DNA of 64,000 nucleotides, taken from contig OZ316896.1 of assembly GCA_973895155.1 (NCBI GenBank), positions 22,711,722 through 22,775,721 of the forward strand. Reading direction: 5' to 3'. The notes beneath the pieces are model-generated. The model worked only from the letters and a program-made list of their open reading frames with translations, searched no databases and was not told the DNA's origin. Origin of the DNA: Marsupella aquatica. Lineage: Eukaryota > Plantae > Marchantiophyta. Positions 1 to 11,640 of the stretch are shown here, piece by piece (position 1 is the first letter of the stretch; each line of letters opens with the position of its first letter). Both the position numbers and the translations under genes were made by a program.

Positions 1-170
1 TAGGTTCTTTCAGTAAAAGCACAGGGTTGAGGGTCTCCTGAGATTCAATAAACCGTCCACTGCACATTTGAACTACAATAGAGTATTGCCACCGTTGATA
101 GGTTTTTTAGAGTACAAAAATCAATGTGCTAGCATTGCGTGATATTAATTGCAATAGAAAACTTATCTTC
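1..170 (+). repeat. 3' flank of a further P450 paralog lying just upstream of the window
   Basis: 1-170 is nearly identical to 20262-20430 (starting ~60 nt after the CYP stop at 20202) and similar to ~37515-37670 after the second CYP. Confidence 0.8.
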
Positions 171-932
171 CACCACCTTCACCTTCCATAGCATTCACTT
201 TTAAACCACAACTGTCCAGGCATATAAAAGGGCATACTCCCCTGCCCAGGCACTGTTCATTTTTGTCTCCCATGCTTAGGCTGAAAGTGATTGTTGGCAC
301 CACCTTGCACCTCTAAACCTATTTGAAGGGGAAATTAATGGTTAAATCCTGGCAACCAAACTCTACTCAACATGCCAAGAGAATGGCACCATATGTAGAT
401 TTTTAGTCAATAATCAATTGAACTGAATTGAACTCTGACTTCTTAGCATGCAAAGAGACGATAGCATAGGAGTGCCCCTCTCTCAGGAATCTCTCTCCCT
501 CTTTTTTTATTGGATTGAATACATCAAGAATACAATAATATCTTCAGGCAGGTCCTTAAATGGACGAGAAACTAGATTGAGAGTCTTCTTTGATCCTGCC
601 AGCAAGCTATCTACAAGAGCAGCCTGGTTAGTTTGACTAGTAATTAAACCACACCTACCACTATAAAAGCCTCATTCCATGTCTCACTATTCACCATAAA
701 AGGTGGAAGACTAGCACTTTTTGTGGAGTACTTATCAAAAAAAGATTTTGCAGTCAACACCTTTTGTGGAGCTCAAAGCCCATTCCTGAACCTTTGCTCT
801 TTACAATGAGAGCTATGGGTTACCCATAGCCCTTTATAGGGGCAGTTTTGGTTTAATTGTTCTTGCCAGTTCAGATATAGGAGTAATTGGTATCAAACCA
901 CGAGCTACTCAAGCAATTGCCAATGAACAAGC

Positions 933-1560
933 TGTTAGGATTTACTCTTAGGTCTAGAGTTATAACTGTACCGTAGTTAAGACTAACCTTAGTCGCAGAC
1001 TTGGTTAGGTTAGTCATGTTGTGCATACTCTATAACCAAACGGTGTTTGCTTGGAGAGTGGGAACTCAGGCTCATTGTTACGGAACTAGTTGAGAGATAG
1101 AGAGAGCTTTCACTGTGGATGCTTGGTATGGCCGGTCGGCCTAGAGTGCAGTAAAGCTCATGTGTGTTCTCGTGGACGTAACCTCATGTGGAGGTGAACC
1201 ACGTATCTCTCTGTGTCAACTCTTGTGCGTTGCACTACAACATATTTGACACTTTTGCGAAGGTATTTTTGTCGACGCTCTTGTATTTCTGATGGGCGGC
1301 GCTTTGCATATTTTGCGAATCAACCCGTATCGCAATTTGCGATTCTATCCCTATCGCAAATATAATAGCTGAAGCGCATTATATCGCTAATAAATTGCGA
1401 AGTAAGTGGTTTTGCAATTTTTACCGAAATGCGTCGAATGGAAAGGCACCTTCCGAAGACGGAAAAATCGCTCGCCGACTCCGAAACTAACTCATGTAAA
1501 TATTTGCGAAGATTGGATGGTTGATGGGCTTGTCGTTGCGATTGTCGTTTATGCTTAACA
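933..1560 (+). mobile_element. Solo LTR related to the copia element at 22113-28990, interrupted by a CACTA fragment
   Basis: TGTTAG...TAACA ends; 5-bp TSD CAAGC at 928-932 and 1561-1565; 3' half closely matches the 22113-22456 LTR; ~345 bp once the 1233-1515 insertion is removed. Confidence 0.9.
1233..1512 (+). mobile_element. One-ended CACTA fragment (left terminus plus subterminal repeats)
   Basis: Starts CACTACAACA, rich in TTGCGA/TCGCAA; flanked by TTG at 1230-1232 and 1513-1515; no right TIR. Confidence 0.8.
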
Positions 1561-3093
1561 CAAGCCATGTTAGAGAATTTGCGTCAGTTGCCTGGCTATG
1601 GATGGCTATTGGGACAATTATGAGGCCTGCTGCAAAGCTGGAAATGTCACACCTTGCCCAAACTAAGAACAAACAAATTACACTAATTAGTGTAGTTCAG
1701 CCAACATCAATTCTTCAAGCTTCTAGTCGCGGAACTTGATTACCTTAACACTTAGCTCCAGCGTTGTTGACTTTGACGTCGAGCTTCCTTATGATCTAGG
1801 CCCGAAACGGCCATCCAGGGAGGACTTAGCATGGGGAGACTTGTGGGTAATGGGACGTGGCACTGGTGAAGGCAACTGAAGGCGCTAAGCTGACACACAC
1901 TAGGTAATTAGACTAGCTAGTTGAGGGTTGGTCAGATCAAGGGGGAAAGGGCCGGGCTCAAGGTAGTCCGTCCGGACCCCGGACGGAATTTGAGTTCTAA
2001 GGGCTTGATTGAGAGCTCCTCTTGGGCCTAAGGCCAATGGAATTACTCCATGGTCAACAAACGTTTGGGGCACAAGCCCTGGGCCCTCACTCCGAGTAAA
2101 AGAAGTGAAACCCCTTGCAATCGGGACCTTTTCCGTCTTACCCCTTGCTATTTCTATTTTTCTATAAAAATTTCACTTGTTACCGGTAATAATTATAATT
2201 ATTAGTTTCAAATGAATTAAATCCAACCTTTGAGCGTTCACACGTTGTCCGGGTGACCGTGTTTTCTGGTAAGAGCATGTTGGCTCTTATGAAGTCAACC
2301 TTGCATGCTTATAAGTTCTACACTAAAACCAAAATGGTAACTCTAGTAAGAATGGTAGTGGGTATTAAGAAAAGTTCAGGTGAAACTAATATATTATTAA
2401 ACCCTACTTCCACTACAACACTACCCACACCTTTTGCGAACTTGAAAGCATCGCAAACAACAAAGGAAATCAAAAAACAAAACTCGCCTTTGCGAAGTAT
2501 CGCGCATCGCAATAGAATCGCAAACTGCGAAGCCCAAAGGTTCGCATCCGGTCTTTCGCAAGACCTTCGCAACGCCTTCGCAACTTGCGACACTAATAGA
2601 ATCGCAAAGGACTCACATTTAAGCAACTCCGTGGGCGTCGCGAGAGGCTTGCGATAATAATCAAGCAGTTAAATATTTGCAATCCCAGAAGTTTGGTAAT
2701 CGGTTTGCGATATTAAGTTAATGGTAGTTATGCCATGAACATGGCTTCGCATTTTTGTGAACGTATGTGGTTTGCATAATGTTTGCGATACCTTCAATAT
2801 GGTAAATATGCGAATTGGGTTGTTCGCATAGGTTTTGCAAGATGTCTTGAGGCTAGGGTTTAGATTTAGAGTTTTGAATTATGGTTGGGGTCTTGTCGTC
2901 CAACACGGAGAATGAGGTCTGAATCAAAATTGCTTTATAGAAAATTGATAGGTACACAAAAATTAGGGTTTCCTAAACCCTAAACCCTAGATGGGTGTCA
3001 TATGATAAGCTAGGTCCCTATAAGACTACCCATATCAAAACTATATACTACACTAAGTAAATGGGCATCCCATAGGCACTACATCACCAAGCT

Positions 3094-5070
3094 CTAGAAT
3101 GGGGTCCTCCTAGTCCTTGTCGCCGGCCTCTTCCCCTTGTCCCTCTTGTGATGATCCGGACGTGGCACAGGAGGTGGTGCTGGCTGCTCCTCCACATCTG
3201 GTTCCTCCTCATCCTCGTCCTCATCCTCTTCCTCCCCCTCCTGCTGGGAAACTCCTCCTACTAGTCCAGATCCACTACTCCCTCCTACCTTGGGCCCCTT
3301 TGTCGTGGTCACCTCATTGTTCTCATCGGTGCTGCTGGTATCACTGGCATCCTCATCATCCTGTTTGCACAGCACAACGCCAAATTGGTTTAGGTTTACG
3401 GAATGAAAAGATAAGTGGATTGGGTGGGAAAAAATGAAGGGGATACATGCACTTACAGTCGCCAACTCTGCGTCAACCAAGTCAAAGAGATGTTTGGCTC
3501 CATGCGCAGCTCCTATCTCCATCTCTTTTGCTGTTATCTTCCTGCGGTACCTCTTATACTACCACAACCAAACATTCCAAAACCAAAATAGATCGAGGTT
3601 AATATGCTATAAACCCAAGAAAAATGCATGGAGGTGCTAATAGGGTGCCCCCTAACACAAAACTGGGCTCAATAACCCTTAGCGGTTTTTTTAAAACATA
3701 ATACACACTTGCGAAACTCCCCACTTCGCAAATTCAAATAAATTGGCTGTTTACGAAGTAGTTTGCGAAGCGAGTTATTTTGCAATAGCTTCGCATTTAC
3801 AACTTTAAAAAATGCCATGATAGACTTTGTGAAACATTTGCGAAGCAACCCGCATCGCAAAAGCTTCGCAAACTCTGTTTTTAAAAAATTCCGAGAAATC
3901 TCTAAGGCACGCAATGTGTCAGGGTGACCTAAAGTACAAGGCAGGCCGTAAGAAAGAAACAAGAGGTATGCAGGGGGGGCATTGCAGGTTTGGATAGCAA
4001 TTGAAAGCAAGGAAACAGAAGCAGGGGAGGAGAGGAGAGGGCCCACTCACAAAGTGTGCTTTGAGGCCGGGAAGTCCACCTTGGCCCATCTTGTGCGTGG
4101 TCTTGGGCCGTTTGCTGACTCGCTCAGCTGCAAGGATGAATTTTTGGGGTGGTGCACCCACTTCATCCATAATGTGCTGCATGTGAGACACTTTCTCAGC
4201 CATTGCCTTGAGCTCTCGGTCGGACTTCCCGGCCTTCTGTGCCTTGGCTTCCATCTCCTTCCAGAAGAGAAGGTTCCTGGCAGCTCTCATCTGCACCTCC
4301 ACTTTGTAAAAGGCATTCCACACGTCCTCAGTGAATTGCAGTGGCCTCCTCACGTTTCTGTACTCCTCCAAGTTTGCCAGGTAGGCCCTTACCTTCTTCC
4401 TATCATGGTACCGTGCTTGAGACATTGAATTGGAAATTCTATCTGCAAGCCACTGTTCATCAATCCCTGCTCCATTTCGAAATGAATCTTTGATTTGACT
4501 CATTACTTTCTTCTGGTCTGCCTTGCTGAGTTTCCCCCACTCAACTCCTCGTGCAAAATTGGAGCGCACCATAAGCCTGATAGTACTCTTTGCCCCGGTG
4601 TAGGCCAGTTCAGTAGGAATGCCTTCGATCAAGGCAATCATAGGCAGCTTCTTCCTCTCTTCCTCCTTCTTTCGCTGCTCCTCCCGCTGTGCTCTTATCT
4701 CATCTCGTTCCTCTCTCCTCCTCTTCTTTTCTAGGGCAACAGGTGAGACTACTCCTGCCTTGGCCCTCTCCTCCTTCTTACGCTTCTTCTCTCTTGCCTT
4801 CTGTTGAGCTGCACTCCTTTGCTCCTCCTCCCTTGCAATGTTCCCTGCATCTACTCCCGTTTGCAAGGCTTGCCCAAGGATTGCACTCAAAGAAGCAATC
4901 CCTGCTGGTGTAGTCAAATCTAAGTGGCTCAACTGTGCTGCATTGAGGTGCTCAGCCATCAAATCGGTCCATCGATTCCTCTCCTGCTCCCCATTGCCTT
5001 CATTCCCATTGCCACTCTCACTCACCCCTGCCCTATCACCTCCATTTGCTCCACTGGAATCCATAGCCAA
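3094..5070 (-). CDS. TnpA/Ptta-like (Transposase_24-like) accessory protein, ~462 aa; complement(join(3094..3360,3457..3558,4051..5070))
   Basis: Core W-x-K-L...F...W...P-x-x-F-T-E-D-V-W...H-K-M-G-Q-G-G resembles the plant Ptta/En/Spm ORF2 family; two GT-AG introns with GTGAGT and GTAAGT donors join three exons in frame; acidic C-terminal tail. Confidence 0.65.
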
Positions 5071-5529
5071 GCCACCCCCCGAGCGCGCGCGAGCTCCCTT
5101 CTCCCTCCCTATGCTTGAAATTTGTCAAATGCCGCTGAGTACGCCGTGGCCGAGTGCAAAAGTTCAAGCAGGAAAGACTTGCGAAGCAACCCGTTTCGCA
5201 AGTTGCGATTCTTCTTGTTTCACATATAGTTTCTCAATTTTGCGAAACCATTGCGACGTGAAAGGCTTCGCAACACCTTCGCTCTCTCGCAGAAATGCTC
5301 TCGAGCTCTGTTTTTCTGAAGGTCTTGCGAAAGCAGTAGCTTCGCAAACTTCAATTCTAATTTGTGATGGTATTTGCGAAGGAAGCGGCTTCGCAAGACA
5401 TTGGCAACTCGTCCTGGGGGAATGTTGGTTTCATTTGAAAGGGTTTTTTTCAAAGGTGAAGTGGACCCCTCTATACTCATATTTGGAATGCTTTTTGGCC
5501 ATGTTTTGGGTGTTAGATAATAGTTGAAG

Positions 5530-5900
5530 GCGGGTTTGAAGGGTTAGGCAGATTTCAGGTTAATGGGTTATGTATGGTGTTGGTTTAGGCTAAGGTTTGG
5601 GTTTACATTAGTTTAGAAGAAATAATAAAGGTGTGGGATTTGGTTTACAAGAAATAAGTAAGGTTTGGGTTTAGGGTTTTAGGGTTTGGGGTTTTTAAAT
5701 AGAAAGGTCTCTAGGGTTGAAGAAAGGTTTGGGTTTGTGTGTAAGTCAGATTTAGGTTTAATAGGTAGGATGCGGTTTGGGGTTGAAGGTTTGGATAAGA
5801 CAAAGCAAGGTTTCATGAGATTTATATTGCAGCCTTTTGGGTTTAAGAGAGGTTCATTGGGTTTATGAATCAAAAGGGGATTGGCATGGGTTTTGCTAAC
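5530..5900 (+). repeat. Degenerate plant telomere/telobox-like G/T-rich tract (TTTAGGG/TTTGGG variants)
   Basis: Many GGTTTAGG, GGTTTGGG and TTTAGGGTTTT units between the two divergent transcription units. Confidence 0.6.
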
Positions 5901-6363
5901 AAAGGAGGGGAATATATGATAGCTTGCAGGGTGCGGCACTTTTTGATGATTTGATACTAATGCATATGCATTGTGAGAGCCCGGGCATCTGAAAGGTAAA
6001 CATTGCATGATCGGCTAAAGTGTTCCTTTCATGTACTTAACACTTTTGGTTGCCACTATGTATAAAGGGGACATGTATATAGGGTTTTTTGTTCTTGTCT
6101 GGTCCAGATTATTGTGCTTACATATACATGGAATGGTTGCAGCTTTTCCCTCATACTTTCAGATTGGGTTCATTAATTATCTTAGAGCCACAAGAGCTAT
6201 TGGCACTGCTGAGCCCGGGTCTCATAAAGGTACCTTTTTTATTGCTATGGTCATTTTGGTTTGGGTTTCTTGTCATCATTATTTGGGAACTTTGATTTAT
6301 ATCATTTTGTGGTATGTTTTGGTCATAACATGCCCATTTTAATTATATCTTGTTACAGGGGAT

Positions 6364-7516
6364 ATGTCTTCATCTTCTGAAATCTCCACCACAGACTCGT
6401 CCTCCTCTGATGAAGATACACCACCTCCACCTCAACATCACACGACCGCACCTCCTCCTCGCGGTCCACCCCGTCAACTTTGTGAATGTTCTAGATGTGT
6501 GGGTCAGGTTTCCCAAAAATCTTACATATGTGCCCAACATATTGAGAGATATGGGCGTTGTGGACGTCATACGGCAGGGGCTTCTTCATCTCATATGGTA
6601 AGTGTTATGCCTTAGTTTTCCTACCCTATTCCCATTACTCAATGGTTGAAGGTTTGCAATTTCACACCTACTTTTGTTTGTTTTGGTTTCGGTGGAATAG
6701 GTATCCAATAGGCCTAGACCTGCGGCACAAGCACCCTATGTCCCATCACAAGGTGTTCTAGATGCTATAGGCAATGCATTCTCAAAAGCCTTGGGTCTAG
6801 CGGCAAGGCCCACCAGTCCTAGGGAAGTTGGGGTTGAGGCTATTGTCCCAAGAGGGAGAAAGCGTTCCAAGAGGCGGGCCCGAGGGGATACTGATTTGTA
6901 CAAGGCAGTGGTTACGGGTTGGTGGGGTGATTGTGAGTTCACTGGCAGATGTGTCCCTATCATCAAGGACTGGGCTCCTGAGACTCTTGGTTTGCCACAA
7001 CAGCTTTCCTACGGTGCGGAGGTAGAGGTTTGGGGTAGACGTTGGGTTATCAAACCTTCCACACTTGGGGATAGACATGGCTATGGAGTTTTTGCCTGTG
7101 AGGACATCATTGTGGACGCCGAGAGTGGTAGAGGTGGACGCGGCCGAGAGGGGCCTACTTTGTTTCCTTATGGTGGACCCATCTACAAGAGAAGACATTG
7201 GAACATGATCCTTGCACAACACCCTGAGTGGAAGACTTATGCATTGGACATGGATACTTTTGATGGAAACACTAGAAGGTATAGTGAGCAGCGTGTCATA
7301 GATGGGGACCCCATACGGACTGGGAATATTGCTGGTTTCATAAACAGTACTGTGGGGACTTGCCCTAAGCGTAGGCAAAATTGTGAGTGGGTTTTCATTG
7401 AGGGTCCTCCGCCAGCACCTTATGGCCAGACATATCATCATGACCATTGCCTAGTTGTAGCAACAAGGACCATTAACTCAGGGGATGAGTTATTTACTCA
7501 CTATGAGTGGGATTAG
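6364..7516 (+). CDS. SET-domain protein (putative lysine methyltransferase) with N-terminal CxCxxC...H motif, 349 aa; join(6364..6597,6701..7516)
   Basis: SET motifs in order: KPSTL..GYGVFA, FPYGG, IDG..GNIAGFINS..QNC, VVATRTINSGDELFTHY; GTAAGT donor at 6598 and T-rich AG acceptor at 6699-6700 are both phase 0; no stops. Confidence 0.8.
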
Positions 7517-7712
7517 GGTTAAGTTAAGGGTCATAGGTGGTATGTTGCATATCAAAGGGCACTACATATGGCCTTTGGCCACATTTTGTATTTGCACCAC
7601 AACCAATATTATTTCATTTTTGCACACCCCTAGCCCATTTTTGTGTGTGTTCTCTTTGCATATAACTTTCAATTGTTTGCTTTGTTTTTAGAATGTGTGA
7701 CCCTCTCCAAAT

Positions 7713-10700
7713 ATGTTACCACGGAGATTGAGAGCAACATATCGAGAAATGGGTATGCCAGAAGAAGGACATGGATCAGAGTCACACTCCTCATCAAGTG
7801 CTAGTGGAAGCAGTAACCCTGATGAAGAGGTACCTCGGACGGATGAACAAGTAACTGATGACCAGGATAGAGCCATGGATGACTTTATGGTTGATTGGTT
7901 TGGTGCCGACAACCTTGGTGATGACCTTCCCAATGAAGGGCAGGTGCCCCCCAATGATCCACGCCCAAGGCATACCCCTGAGGGACAACGCCAATGGGAA
8001 GAAGTAGAGGAACATGCCCGAACACCTATCTATGAGGGTGCTCGTTTGAGTCGTCTTTCAGCCATCTTGGGGTTGATGAACCTACAGGCCAAACACAAGG
8101 CAAGCAATGCCTTGTTATCTGATATGTTTGCACTTTGCCATGACCTTATGTTGCCCACTGAGAATGTGTCGCCAGCAACTTGGAAGGAGGCAAAGAGTGT
8201 TCTCTCATCTATTGGCATGGAATATCATATTGTTCATGCATGTGTGAATGATTGCATGTTATTTCATGGGGCCAATGCAAACATGACACAATGTACAACA
8301 TGTGATGAGCCTCGCTATGACCCCAACATGCTAACAAAGAAGGTGCCAAGGAAGGCTGTTCGTTGGTTTCCCATCATTCCTTGGTTGTTGCACATGTATC
8401 GGTGTTCTGACTTGGCAGAGTTGATGGTATGGCATAAGACTCATCGATCAGAGTCTGGTGTCATGCGGTTGCCAGTTGACTCCCCTGCTCACAAACATAT
8501 TGAGGCAACATGGCCAGACTTTGCACATGATCCTCGCCATGTGAGGCTAGGATTGGCATCTGATGGAGTTAGCCCTCATTCACTTGGAGGAAAGGGGCAA
8601 CCTACATCAGTTTGGCCTGTGGTTGTCATGAATTATAACCTCCCACCATGGCTATCCATGAAGAAAGGGTTCCTTTTATTGTCTTTGATTATCCTAGGTC
8701 CAAAAAAGGTGAAGAACTTTGACACTTACTTGGCACTATTGGTTGGAGAACTTCAAAAATTATGGAATGGAGTGTGGGCATATGATGGCAGGAAAATTAC
8801 AGGAGGTTTTCCACGTGTCTTTCAATTGAGAGGGATCATTTGTTGGACAATGCATGACTATCCTGGTAAGATGACTTCCATGCCATTTGCAACCCTTCAA
8901 TAATGTGTAGTTCCTATTGATGTTTCTCATGTGACAACCCTAACATAAAGTTTGCATGGTTTGATTTCTTCTATGTAAGCAGGGTTTGGTTTTGTCTCTG
9001 GATTGCAAACTCAGGGGTACAAAGCTTGCTCTACTTGTGGCCCAAGCTTAGAGGACATGGCCTCATATTGTTCATGGATTAGAAAGATTGTTTATATTGG
9101 GCATACAAAGTTTCTTCCCATGGGGCATGAGATGAGGTTTGACCCACTTCTATTCTCCTCCTTTGACATGCCATTTGGTGATGAGCGTGAAATTCCTGAT
9201 GCAACAAGTTTTGCACATTGGAAGTCACTAGCTAATAGGGTGGCAGACCCAAATGATTCCTTCACCTTTGATAGGACAGGTTTGACCAGGTGGAGTATAC
9301 TAGCCACTTTGCCCTATTGGTCTGAGTTGAAGATCCACCATCTTTTAGACCCCATGCACATAGAGGGAAATGTGGGGAAGGCTTTGATAAAGCATTTTTA
9401 TGGGGAGAAGGACACTAATTTTAGGGAGGCATGCGAGGAGATGGAAATGCATCCAGATGTTTGGGTGACAATTGATCCTATCACAGGTGTGGAGAATCGT
9501 CCTTCTGCTCCTTGGGTGTTGAGTGTTGGCCAAAGACGTGAATTTCGGAACCGTATAGGAGAGATGCGGTTTCCTACAGGCTATGGTGCCAACCTTCGAA
9601 AAGCTTTTGGGATGGAGGACAATCACAAGTGGCCACGATATCTGAAGACACATGACTATCATCGCCTATTGCAGCATATATTGCCAGTGGCAATTATAGG
9701 TATAGGGAGTGAAGAAGTGCAAGATGCCATCTGGTCATTGGGTCGTTTGTTGAGATGGATATGCTCAAAGGAGATATATGTAGAAGAGATCCCTGGGATG
9801 GAGGTATTGGCAGCTGAGGTGGTATGCAAGTTGGAGAAAGCCCTTCCTCCTTCCTTCTTTGATTGTCAGGTTCATTTACTTGTGCATCTTGTGCGGGAGG
9901 TTGCCATTGCAGGTCCAGTGCATTGTAGATGGATGTATTGGCTTGAGCGTTACATGGCGGTGTTGAAGGCTTATGTACGTAACCGTGCACGGGTGGAGGG
10001 AAGCATAGCTACAGGATACTTGGCAGCAGAGAATATGTTTTATTGTAGTAACATCTTGGCCACCATTGATCCTACTTGTCCACGTACTTGGATGGAGGAA
10101 AGAGAAGAGGAGGAGGACCGTTTAACAGGTGCCACAAAAACACGCATGTTGACATCAACAGAGTGGTCACAGTTGACAACATTTATGTTGAGTAATAGTA
10201 ATATCATGGAGAAATGGAGAGAGTTTTATGAGAATGCCAAGAGAACAAGTCAAAGAGCAAGAATTTTTCCTAAGATGCATGAGTATATGAAGCAAAAGTT
10301 GCTTGAGTTGGATGACATGGTGACACAAGGAGGAGATGTGTCCCACTTTCCTACCATCACAGATGACGTTCGGACCATTGTTCATGGCCCTTTGAGAGTG
10401 GTGACATCCAAGACGGCTATGTGGACACAAGGGAGACACTTCAGGTCCACTAGTACCTAACCTTTCTTCCTCTATTAATTCATGTAGACCTTATTTTGAT
10501 TAGTTATTTCTATTGTTTAAAAACTTTCTATTATCATTAATGACATCCATAACTGTAATGTTGGCTTCTATATTTATGCCATAGGCCATGTGGGTTTTGG
10601 CTATTTAGGGATGGGTGTCATATTTTGATGATTATTACATTAATGGTATCTTTTACAGTGTAATAAAAATTTGTGGGTTTTGTTAATTTTAGGGTTTCTT

Positions 10701-11182
10701 CCCTTGATGAGAAGAGGGGTCGTACTTTTGATTGTGGAGTTCAAGGGGAATTTTCTCAAGACTCCAGAAGCAGCCGCCATGACAGGAACATTGTTAGAGA
10801 TGTTGTGCCACACTATGGGAAGATAGAGGAGATCTTGGTGGTATCATATGACAACCATTCAAAGTTTGAGGAATATGTCTTCAAGTGCAAGTGGTTCAAA
10901 GTGAACCTTGTTGGTCAAAATTGCACTGTACTTCAAGATGAGAGTGGGTTTACACGGTTGAAGACAAGTGCCACTAGTGTTCAAGCATCTCATTGGCAAA
11001 CGTCAGAACCATTTGCTTTCCCATCACACTTGGAGCAATGTTTCTACATTCCATACCCCTTAGACACCGAGTGGTCAATTGTCATCACCTATGTGCCACG
11101 TTCTCGTTCCATTGTTTCTGAGAAGCCAGATGTTATTGTATCAGACCTAGATGACCTTGAGGCCGATGAGGACCAAGTGTGA
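7713..11182 (+). CDS. CACTA transposase (TnpD-like: Transposase_21, DUF4218 and DUF4216-like regions); join(7713..8865,8983..10444,10693..11182), 1034 aa
   Basis: Motifs HACVNDCMLF, LGLASDG, YNLPPW, TMHDYPG|FGFVSG..GYKAC, LDPMHIEGN, PPSFFD..VHLLVHL, GPVHCRWMY, YGKIEEI, FKCKWF; the spliced length of 3105 nt is a whole number of codons. Confidence 0.9.
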
Positions 11183-11429
11183 GGGACATATTTATATGCA
11201 CTTGGGTCCAGCCTAGACATTTGTTCATGTTATATTTGATTTGTTCATGTTTGGTGATATAAAAAAAAGGATTGTCTATATTTATATTTGCCATTCACTT
11301 TTGAATGAGTCATACTCATGACATATGTATTGTATTGTTTTATTGTGATCACTTGTGAATTTTACATGCAACTTTCTATCTAACCTCTGTTGCTCAATAT
11401 AACTTTATTTCCTACTTATTCCATAATTT

Positions 11430-11640
11430 TCATTCTCACCCTCGTGTTTCCCTCCTCCGTGGTACGTCTGTCCCTCCTCCTCCCTTCCTCTTTCTCCTCC
11501 CTCCTTCCTCTTCCATTGTACTCCCTCCCTTTTCCATCCTTCATTGTACCTCCCTCCATCCTCCCTTCCTCTTCCCTCCTGCCCCATCCATATATTGGAC
11601 CATCCACCCTCTTCATTGTCTCACCTCACAATAACCTTAA
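11430..11640 (+). repeat. CT-rich low-complexity tract
   Basis: Polypyrimidine run downstream of the transposase. Confidence 0.6.

Noticed and set aside
4838-5527. 229-aa plus-strand ORF
   Set aside because: Antisense to the TnpA-like exon and running through the motif field; no recognisable domain
6797-7447. 216-aa minus-strand ORF
   Set aside because: Antisense shadow of the SET exon
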